Origin: Callorhinchus milii
Taxonomy: Eukaryota
Direction of reading: 5' to 3'
DNA length: 64,000 nt
NCBI RefSeq assembly: GCF_018977255.1
Contig: NW_024704743.1
Coordinates: 1,984,001-2,048,000 of the forward strand
Below are positions 40,130-49,624 of this stretch, piece after piece. The position numbers and the translations under genes are program-made. Below the pieces are notes generated by a model. It was not told the DNA's origin, ran no database searches, and saw only the letters and a program-made list of their open reading frames with translations. Numbering within the stretch: position 1 is the stretch's first letter; every line of letters begins with the position of its first letter.

Positions 40130-40451
40130 GGAGTCCTGTAGCTCAGTGGTTGAGCACTCGCTTTGCAAGCGAGAGACCTGAGTTCAATTCCAGGCAGAGG
40201 GCGAAACCTCGGGCAAGTTTCCTTACTCCACACACCTAATAATAATCCCTCCAAAACCAAAAACAATAATAAATTGGTCATTTTCAATCCACGACTGTTT
40301 GTGGGACATTGCTGTGCGCAATTGGCTGCCGCGTTCGCCCACAAATATACAGTCAATTCACTTTACAGTGTGTTCTGTGAAGCGCTTTGGGACGTCCTCC
40401 CGACGTGAAAAGCGCTGTATCAAATGCAAGGATTATTATTATTATTATTAT
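40130..40451 (+). mobile_element. Short-subfamily SINE, full length, in INSIG1 intron
   Basis: GGAGTCCTGTAGCTCAGTGGTTGAGCACTCGCTTTGCAAGCGAG...GGGACGTCCTCCCGACGTGAAAAGCGC...(TAT)n. Confidence 0.92.
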
Positions 40452-40479
40452 CACTTCAACCAATTTTTTTTTTAAAAAA

Positions 40480-41330
40480 GCGGCCGTGGCACAATTTGAC
40501 GTGCAGGAAGGAGCAGGGAGTGTGGAATTTCGGTGCGCTTGCCCTAACCTCTCGTGTGACATTCATTTGCTTTACCGGGGGGTCCTGTTACAACAACAGC
40601 AATCAATGCGAAACGGTCGTTGCGTCCGCTCTTAACGCCGGGTGTTCACGCTGCCAGGCTCAGTGCGGTTTCACATCCAGTCCGTAACTTGGCAGTTCGT
40701 TGTGACGTGGGGGCGGGCGGTGGTGACTGGGGGTGGAGGAAGGGTTAACTTGCAAACTTGCAAACGTCGCAGCATTTACAGTAAACGTGTCGGCGGTGGT
40801 CTGCTGGAGTGGGAGTGATCACATGTATCTCTCTCTCTCTCTCTCTCTCGCTCGCTGCTGCCAAGGCCTTAAGCTCTTAATGATTTCCTTTGTTTGCTGT
40901 GTTATGTAGCCAGGCTGAACTGGGCGAATCTCACTGTTATCTGCTTTAAATGTTATTTTGCCCGAAACAATCAAGCCATTGGTGAAACCGGACGTGCGCC
41001 CTGTGTTGCCATGTCTTACTTCACTGAATTAATCACGCCCGCACGCTCGCTCGCTCGCTCACTCACTCAATTTCTCAATCTCACTCTCTCTTACTCACTC
41101 ACTCGCTCGCTCGCAAACAAACAAACAAACAAACAATCTCTCAATTTGAATCGCTCGCACACAAACACGGACACACTCCCTCTCAACCGCGCCCGCACTC
41201 ACGTGCGCGCTCTCTCCCTCTCTCTCCTCTCACTCAATCACGGTCACACTCACACGAAAGCGTGACGTGCACACTCGCAAACCCACGCGCACGCACACAC
41301 ACGCACACATCCGCACGCACACTCACATAC
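40480..41330. promoter_or_regulatory. CpG-rich intronic regulatory block
   Basis: Visibly CpG-rich unique DNA. TGACGTGG (40703-40710) abuts GGGGCGGG; SRE-like GTGGGAGTGAT at 40809-40819; CACGTG at 41200-41205. Confidence 0.4.
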
Positions 41331-41877
41331 AATCACTCAATTAATCGGTGAATTAGTCACACATACACATTCACATTCGATCTGACTCTCGGGGAAGCCA
41401 GAAGAAACTTCTTCACCCAGAGACTGGTGAGGAGGCCGGACTTGCCACCACAAGGAGGAGTTGAGGGGAAGCAGAGCATAGATGGACGAAAGGGGAAGCC
41501 GGAGAAGTACATGAGGGAGAAATGAATAGCAGGTTGTGCGGCGGGTGGGGTGGGGTGGGGGGGTTGCGGTTACTGGCTCTGTCCTTATCTGCGGGTGGGT
41601 GGGGGGGGGGGTGCCAGGGTTTCCGGAAATCCCAAGAGGACGTGTAGGTTTGTAGCCCGAAGTCAACCAAACACCGGGCCCCAAATTAGCCCCAGTATTA
41701 TTGTGAGGTGCCCCAGTCTGGGTGGCAGAGGGATTCAGTGCTTTTACACAAGCGTATAAAGAAAATGACTCCACATGGGGGGGGGGGTCACGGGGGGTGG
41801 AGGGAGCACAGGGGGCCGGGGTTAATGCATGCTTTTTTTCAGGTTTAAATTAAATGGTTTTATAATGAGGACAATTC

Positions 41878-42095
41878 CCCGCACCCCCAACAATCTCCAC
41901 ACCCCCACCCCGCACCCCCAACACCTCCCGCCCCCACCGCACCCCCAACACCTCCCGCCCCCACCGCACCCCCGCACCCCAACACCCCCCGCCCCCCAAC
42001 ACCCCCCGCCCCCCCAACACCCCCCGCACCCCCAACACCCCCCGCACCCCCAACACCCCCCGCACCCCAACACCCCCCGCACCCCCCCCTCCCGC
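41878..42095. repeat. C-rich minisatellite (CCCCGCACCCCCAACA-type units)
   Basis: Repeated units of about 18 bp; G-run rich on the minus strand. Confidence 0.9.
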
Positions 42096-42139
42096 CACAG
42101 TGTTTCCGTCACAACAAGTTACTATAACAATAAAAGTGT

Positions 42140-42215
42140 GGGGGGAGGCGGGGCCGGCGCTTCTCATTGGTTCAACTGTCCTGGTCCTCAGCCTCCTGAT
42201 TGGTTACCACGTGCA
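42140..42215. promoter_or_regulatory. GC box, two reverse CCAAT boxes and an E-box clustered in an INSIG1 intron
   Basis: GGGGAGGCGGGGCC (42142-42155), ATTGG at 42166 and 42199 (33 bp apart), CACGTG at 42208-42213. Confidence 0.55.
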
Positions 42216-42839
42216 ACACACACCACTGCTCACACCCACTCACACCCGCTCACACCCACCCACCCGCTCACACCGCTCACACTCACCCGCTTACACCCTC
42301 GCGCTCGCTCACACTCACCTACTCGCTCACAACCTCCCACTCGCTCACACCCGCCCGCTCACACCCTCCCTCTCGCTCACACCCACCTGCTCACACTCAC
42401 TCACACCCACTCACACTGCTCACACCACTGCTTACACCTGCTCACACTGCTCACACCTGCTCACACTGCTCACACTCACTCAATCCATGGCTGTTTGTGG
42501 GACACTGCTGTGCGCAATTGGCTGCCACAGCGTATACTTTACAGTGTATCCTGTGAAGCGCTTTGAGCCGTCTCGCGATGAGTCGCTGTATCAAATGCCA
42601 GGACTACTATTATGATGATGGTTATTATTTATTGGATCTCAGGCTGCCAGAGCAGCTGTCTAACCATTGGCGCATCCAAATGTTTATTCAAATGATTATT
42701 CAGATGACCCGGAAGGCTCTTGTTTCCTCGTAACTCTTGAACATTCTCCCGATGTGAAAGGCGCTTATGTAAATGCGAGTAGTTGCTGGTCACAGTGAAT
42801 TGAGAATTGACGATCGACGAGTCAATTATTGATTGCATA

Positions 42840-43086
42840 TGTGTGTTGCGTGTGTGTTGTGTGTGGTATGTGTGCGTGTGTGTTGTATGGTGTGCATGTG
42901 TTGTGTGGTGTGTGTTGTGTCTGTGTGGTGTATGTGTGGTGTTGTGTGTGTGTGGTGTGTGGTGTGCGTGTTGTGTGTGGTGTGCGTGTTGTGTGTGGTG
43001 TGTGTGTGTGTTGTGTGGTATGTGTACGTGTGTGTTGTGTGTGTGGTGTGCGTGTGTGCGTGTGGTGTGTGTGTGTGCGTGTGTGA
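42840..43086. repeat. (GT)n microsatellite upstream of an INSIG1 exon
   Basis: Seen directly. A complementary CA-rich tract lies at 42217-42480. Confidence 0.92.
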
Positions 43087-43221
43087 TGCTTCTAAGTTAT
43101 CCACGGGACGACCTCGAGTGAAGGGCACTGTACGAGCTGTTGTTCGCTTGACATTATTGTCTCGTGTTTTTTTGTTAATTATCCGACTGCTCACAACTGC
43201 GCTCTTGTCATTCCTGTTCAG

Positions 43222-43346
43222 CTGTGGTGGGTTTGCTGTATCCCTGCATCGACAGCCACCTCGGGGAGCCGCACAAGTTCAAAAGAGAATGGGCGAGCGT
43301 GATGCGCTGTGTGGCGGTGTTTGTTGGAATCAATCATGCCAGTGCT
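43222..43346 (+). CDS. INSIG1: INSIG1 second coding exon (125 nt)
   Basis: Acceptor ttcctgttcag. Encodes (A)[46 protein letters not shown] and REWAS are INSIG1-type (INSIG2 has IDRHL and REWSS). Followed by the U12 donor GTATCCTTT. Confidence 0.97.
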
Positions 43347-45352
43347 GTATCCTTTTTTACCCGCTGACGACCGGTCAAAGAAAAAAATATATATATATAT
43401 GGGCGTCTAGATTCCAATCCTTATTAATATGGTCACCCCCCGAAAGACACACACAAAAAAAAGCATGTTTCTAATCTTCATTGCATTTAACAACAAGGGC
43501 AAATGGCCTTATATGTCAGGAGGACGTCCCAAGACGCTGGACAGTCAGGGATCCACATGGATTGAAGGTTTCGTCGCTCTGCGATGGGAAAAGAAAAAAA
43601 CCCAACAATAATAGTTTGGTCACTTGATCCGCGGCTGTTTGTGGGGACGCAGCTGGGCCCACAAAACACACGGTCAGTTCACTTTACAGTGTATCCTGTG
43701 AAGCGCTTTGAGACGCCTCAAAGGCGTGATAAGGCGCAATATCGAATGCCAGGATTATTATCATTAAAGGGTCTGGGCTGAGTGAGCTGATTGTGGCTAC
43801 GGCAATAGCTGGCTTTGTTGCTCCTGAGTTAGAGGAACATGAGCCTCCTCTGAGCGCTATCCAGAGACCCCTGTGGAAAGCATGCATTGGGCGTCAGCCT
43901 GGCTCAGTTGCTAGCACTCTCTCTCTCTCTCTCTCTCTCGCCTCTTGAGTCAGAAGGTTGTGGGTTCAAGCCCCCGCGTCCAGGCTTTGAGCTCCTTGTC
44001 CATGTTGACTGTTTGGCGCAGAGCTGGGAGGAGCGATGCATTGTCGGAGATGCCATCCTGTGGGTGGGACCTCAGCTCGAAGACCCATTGGCTTGTTCAG
44101 GTGGAAGTTAACGATCCAATGGAACCAATACTCAGTCAATTCACTTTACAGTCTATTCTGTGAAGCGCTTTGCGACGTCTCGAAGACGTGATGAGGCTCT
44201 GTATCAAATGCAAGAATTATTTTATTATTATAACACTCAGCCCTTTGCCCTTTTGAGCTCAGTGAAATAATAACCATGTTCAAATATTTCTCCCAAATCT
44301 TATCCACCCAACCCCAGGCCCCCCGCTCCCTCCATTCCGATGAGGGGGTGATTGGTGGGGGCGGAGAAAAGTGGTCTCGCTAGTATTGAACAGTCATAAT
44401 CCGAGGTATTGTGAAGTGCTTTGAAACCTTTTGAAATGACAAGGCGTTACATTAATGTAAGGATTATTCCTTTTTTTAAACAAAACAAGTGTTGAAAGTG
44501 TTAAAGCTGCTTATTTGACCGGCGCTCGATGGGTATTTCAAAGCAATAGACGTTGAATTAATCTCCGGGTTCCAGTGACATTTAGAAACCATTTCAGTCA
44601 ATGACATCGAGAGAAGCATTCGATTGATTTCCTGTCTCACATCCCATCAGCGGCTATTTCTTATCCGAAACACAACACACCTAAGTATCAGTTATCTTGT
44701 CGAATGTCCGTTATCTGACATTAACAGCGGCTTTGCAAAATACATGGCATTGTTAGATAACTCTTAAGGGGGGTTTCACCTGACCAACAATCCTCCACCT
44801 CGATAAATTGGTCACTCACTTCACAGCTGTTCGTGGGACGATGTGCTATACCTAAGTTGGCTGCCTCGGAGCTTCAAGATGCTATCCCACGTGAAGGGGC
44901 CAACATAAATCCTGTTGTCAGGAGTCCCAGTGTCCCAGTAGCTCAGGGGTTAGAGCCCACACCTCGCGAGCGAGAGGACCCGGGTTCGATTCCCGGGCAG
45001 GTCAGGGCGAGACATTGGGCAAGTTTCCTCACTCCACACACACACACACACGCGCCTCTGTTTACCGGCAGTCAGTAGGAACCCGGTTGTTAGTCGATTG
45101 GTGGATCACTTTTCCGGGTGAAAAAATCCCTTCAAAGAAAATGATAATAAACTGGTCTCTAGTGATTTTGCTGTGCGCAATTGGCTGCCGCGTTCGCCCA
45201 CAAATATACAGTCAATTCACTTTACAGTGTGTTCTGTGAAGCGCTTTGGGACGTCCTCCCGACGTGAAAAGCGCTATATCAAATGCAAGGATTATTATTA
45301 TTATAACAATCTCTGGTGATGATGATGGTTTCTTTAACTGGCAATCAATCAG
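43347..45352 (+). other. INSIG1: U12-type (minor spliceosome) GT-AG intron of INSIG1
   Basis: 5' site GTATCCTTT matches the U12 consensus. Branch-site-like TTCTTTAAC at 45330-45338 lies about 13 nt before the AG, with no polypyrimidine tract. INSIG genes are known U12-intron genes. Confidence 0.93.
44932..45304 (+). mobile_element. Chimeric SINE (long-subfamily 5' half, short-subfamily 3' half)
   Basis: Diagnostic bases switch near 45160. Ends about 25 nt before the U12 branch site. Confidence 0.8.
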
Positions 45353-45519
45353 AAATTAGACTTTGCGAATAACATGCAACTGTCGCTGACTCTGGCCGCT
45401 CTCTCCCTCGGCCTCTGGTGGACGTTTGATCGTTCCAGAAGCGGATTTGGACTTGGAATTACAATAGCCTTCCTCGCCACCCTGGTCACTCAGCTCCTGG
45501 TCTATAATGGCGTCTACCA
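45353..45519 (+). CDS. INSIG1: INSIG1 third coding exon (167 nt)
   Basis: Encodes [55 protein letters not shown](Q). Donor CA|GTAAGT. Frame continuous with neighbouring exons. Confidence 0.97.
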
Positions 45520-46086
45520 GTAAGTACACAAGCTTTCCTTTTGCTGCATCCCTTCCCTTCATGTCAGCCTGGCTCTCAGTTGGTAGCTTTGCTCTTTGTC
45601 TCTGAGCCAGAAGGTTTCGCCCACTAAACACATAGTCAATTCACTTCACAGTGTATCCTGTGAATGATTTTTAAAAAAAACAGAAAGACTGACTTTAAAG
45701 GACCTTATGGGGATAGGAGAGGACTTGCGTTGGTTCTGATTTCATCTCAAATACTCTTCCAAAGTTTATTGTCCGGGCTCCAAATCGGCTGCCTGGGAGA
45801 GAGGGATGAGGATACGGAAGAGCTTTGAACAAGGTTCACTCGGTGTAGGAAATGCAATCTGTTTGTTCAAAGGAGGTCACAGGAGTTCAGGACAATAACA
45901 TACCTCTGTTAGTTAAACCGGGGCTCGCTGGCAAGGTGATAGTCTTTACACTTTGCTGGATATTGAATCTCCCTGCCTCCATCCCCCCCGCCTCACCTCC
46001 TCTTTATCTTTAATCCATCCTAAAGACTTATCTCTTCAATCGCCTCTATGGTCACCTCCCCTCCACCACCACCTCGCTTGTCAAGT

Positions 46087-46449
46087 TCTGTAGCTCAGGG
46101 GTTAGAGCACTCACCTCGCAAGCGAGAGGACATGGGTTCGATTCCCAGTCAGGGCGAAACCTTAGACAAGTTCCTTTACTACACACGCACGCCTCTGTTT
46201 ACCCAGCATTAAAATAGGAACCTGGTTGTTAGTCGATGGGCAGAATCACTTTCCAGAGGTAATAATCCATTCAAAATAAATAAATTGGTCCCTCAATCCA
46301 CGGCTGTTTGTGGGGACACTGCTGTGCGCAATTGGCTGCCGGGTTTCACCCACAAGTCAATTCACTTTACAGTGTATCCGGTGAAGCGCTTTGAGACGTC
46401 TCGAAGACGTGATGAGGCGCTGTCAAATGCGAAGGTTATTATTATTATT
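46087..46449 (+). mobile_element. Long-subfamily SINE in INSIG1 intron
   Basis: Same consensus. Confidence 0.88.
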
Positions 46450-46618
46450 GATATCCAACTCTGTCACTGATGCGATCCTGTGTGAAGGGCGCTACATAAA
46501 CTCAAGTTGAGTTATGTCGTGTGAAGCAGTTTGAGATATGAGTGGAAGGCGCTATAACAAATGTAAGGACTATCGTGTAATCGAAGAATCAAGAAGATAT
46601 TCTTTACCACTGATCTAG

Positions 46619-46718
46619 GTACACCTCACCGGACTTCCTGTACATCCGTTCCTGGCTGCCCTGTATATTTTTCTCTGGAGGAGTGACTGTAGGAAACATA
46701 GGAAGGCAACTAGCCATG
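46619..46718 (+). CDS. INSIG1: INSIG1 fourth coding exon (100 nt)
   Basis: Acceptor tgatctag. Encodes [33 protein letters not shown]. Donor ATG|GTAAGT. Confidence 0.97.
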
Positions 46719-47812
46719 GTAAGTTGTCGCTCCAGAACCACGCCTCAGTGTGTGTGTGCCTGAACAACTGTGTGCGTGCGTGTTTGTGCGCATGCATATG
46801 TGAGTGTGCGCGCGCTTGTGTGTCTGCGCATGTGTTGTGGTCCGTCTGCACGTGTTGTGGTGTGTCTGCGCGTGCGTTGTGGTGTGTTTGCGCACGTGTG
46901 TGGTGTGGCTGCGCGCGTGTATGGTGTGTGTGCGTGCGTGTGTGTGTGAATGGACGTATCTGCATGAATCGCAGTGCGCAGCCAGTCCTAGCTGTTTGAA
47001 AATATATATATCTATATATACATATGTGGAGGCTTGCGGGTTTGTGATTTCACTCGTTTTTTTTTAAAAAAGAATGGAAAAATAAGAGTGAAAAAATTCT
47101 AAATAAAGTTTCCGAAGCCTGTTGAGGGCTCCCTGACGCTCGGTGGGTTCAGTGCACCATATGGTGTAGTGGAGAGTCACAGCGAGCTGAAAGTCTCCCC
47201 GGTTTGATCTCTGTCTGCACTGCTCCGCACTGAGGTATCTAAATCTCGACCAGGAAGCCGGAAAATAGACTCTGTGCCCCTCTGCTCAGGAGGGGTCAGA
47301 TGAGCCAGAACTCTTGCTGCTAACCTTATAATCCCTGCTGGAATGTGCGCGTGTATGAATTTTGGCTGAAAATAGGATCGGGCTCGACTGTGATAACCTT
47401 CATCCTATTCAAAATAATAATAATAATTTGGTCACTCGATCCACGGCTGCTGTGCACAATTTGGCTGCCGCGTTTCGCCCGCAAAATATACAGTCGATTC
47501 ACTTTGTGGTGCATCCCGTGAAGCGCTTTGAGACGTCTCGAAGACGTGAGAAGGCGCTGTGTCCAATGCAAGGATCGTTACTATTATTTGTTGGGTCTCA
47601 GCCTGCCAGAACAGCTGCCTAACCATCGTAGCCTCGTACTGTTTCCGAACGTTTATTCAAATGAGCAAAGGGCTCTTGTTTCATCGTAACTCTTGAACGT
47701 CCTCCCGACGAGAAAGACGCTTATGCAAATGCAAGTCGTTGCTGTGGTGGTGGTGGTGGTTGTTGTTGAACTGGTCTTACCTGGTTCTAAGGATCCCTTT
47801 CTCTCCACACAG

Positions 47813-47866
47813 GGAGTTAGTGAAATAACCCACAAGGACTGCCATGACAAGGTACATATGGATTGA
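47813..47866 (+). CDS. INSIG1: INSIG1 terminal coding exon (GVSEITHKDCHDKVHMD*)
   Basis: Acceptor cccttt ctctccacacag, phase 0. Starts GV.E..H.D like human GVPEKPHSD* and ends in KxHxx before TGA. Spliced CDS is 777 nt, in frame. Confidence 0.88.
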   Translation, partial: GVSEITHKDCHDKVHMD

Positions 47867-48900
47867 TGGAGTGAGTTGTTTTCAGAGAGAGAGAGAGGAA
47901 ACTGTCTGGTGCCAACCAAGATGCTGTAAGAAGACGGTATCTACACAAGGACTTTCAGTAGAAGTTGCTATAAGCCGCTAGATATGCATGATATTCATAA
48001 AAGGGAAAATTTGCAATCTGTGATTGCCTTTGTAAAATTGTCTTATTTCTCAGCATCGATGTTTCTTTTTGTAAACTGTAAATAGCCGGTCGGTGTACGT
48101 AATAATAAGTCTACATCATTTAATCTTTGTATGAAATGTAATGCCATTACCCTGATGCTGTAGTAGACCTAAATAGCAAGCATTAGGTCTTGTTGATAAA
48201 GTGCAATGTATTCAATACTTGAGCCTTCTTGTATATCCCCCCACCCCCCACCTTATTTATTTCCTCCCATCACTACCCCACTCCCCTTCAGACTCACTTG
48301 TACCACGACACACAGAAGTGGTTGGCTTGCGCTGCACGGGTGTAGAACTGTACAGTCAAGCGGTTTCTGTTTCTCAAGACGCTCCTCGCTTAACCTGCAT
48401 GCGGCAAAAACTCCGGACGTAAGAATCTGCCAGGCGAGAGAGGAGACCGAGGTCCACCCAGGCCGCCTTCCACCATCCTGACATGTGGTGTCTGTCTGTC
48501 CCAAGTCGCTACCTACCCCTACAGAGATGTAGGCAGCTCCTTCTTCCAGGAGAGATACGATGCTGATTGTCCACGCTCACTTTGCTGGGCCAGGATTGAA
48601 GAGAATCTATCGGGGAATCGTATCTATCCATTGGAACCAGAGTTTGGGCCAAATCTGGAAGCCGTATTTCTCTCCACACACACACACACACACCACTATC
48701 ACCAACCCCTTCACCCTCACTCACACGCGCGCACACACATACACCTCCCACCCACCCCATCCCCCCCGTGCGCAGTGTTTGTGCTCCAATTGCCAAGGAC
48801 ACTTTGCCCAATTTCATCAATGAAAATGTACACGTTTGTGTTTCGATGTATTTTTTTTTCCCTCTCCGCTGTTCTCAGTAAAAAAAATATTCTGTAATTG
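47867..48900 (+). other. INSIG1: Probable INSIG1 3' UTR (end uncertain)
   Basis: Largely unique AU-rich sequence after the stop codon. Contains TGTAAATA (48077-48084), GTGCCAA (47909-47915) and GTGCAAT (48201-48207). No canonical AATAAA seen; a variant AGTAAA lies near 48877. Confidence 0.5.
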
Positions 48901-49474
48901 TCAAGAAGTGTTTACAGTTCATTGCTCCTCTCTCTCGCTCTCTCTCTTGCGCGCGCACTCTCGCTCTCTCTCTTGCACGCGTTCTCTCCTCTCTCTCTCT
49001 CGCGTTCTCTCGCTCTCTCTCTCTCGCTTGCTTACTTGTGTGTGGATTTGGGCCATCATTCTCGGGTGGGGCGAAACCTGAGGCAAGTTTCCTTCCTCCA
49101 CACACACACGCCTCTGTTCACCCAGCAGTAAGTAGGAACTCGGTTGTTAGTGGATTGGCAGACCGCTCTTCCGGGGGTAATAATCCCTTCAAAAAAAAAA
49201 AAATTTGGTCACTCAACCCACGGCTGTCTGTGGGGACATTGCTGTGCGCAATCGGCTGCCGCGTTTCGCCCACAAAACACACGGTCAATTCACTTTGCGG
49301 TGTGTCCTGTGAAGCGCTTTGAGGCGTCTCGAAGACGCGATCAGGCTCTCTATTAAGGATTATTATTGTTATAGTATTATTGGAGCCGAATGGCCTCCTT
49401 TTGTGCTGTCAGTTTCAATGTGAAGGGTCCATCTCGGCCACCTCCACGTCCAAATCTACGCAAGTTTCTCCGCT

Positions 49475-49493
49475 AAGCCACTAGATGGAGCAA
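49475..49493 (+). promoter_or_regulatory. Candidate CTCF site
   Basis: AAGCCACTAGATGGAGCAA, just downstream of INSIG1. Confidence 0.45.
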
Positions 49494-49624
49494 TGTACAG
49501 GAACTGGGAACACACTACTGATGTGACTTGATGTTACAGGAACATATGGGACTGGGAAACAGCCGTTGCAATCCATTGAGCCAGGTGGGCAGCACAAAAA
49601 ATAGCGCACTCTCTTTCTCACGGT

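Noticed and set aside
38955..47866. Assignment as INSIG2
   Set aside because: The MPR....W.CSC N-terminus, [25 protein letters not shown] and GITIAF are INSIG1-type; only GFGLG resembles INSIG2.
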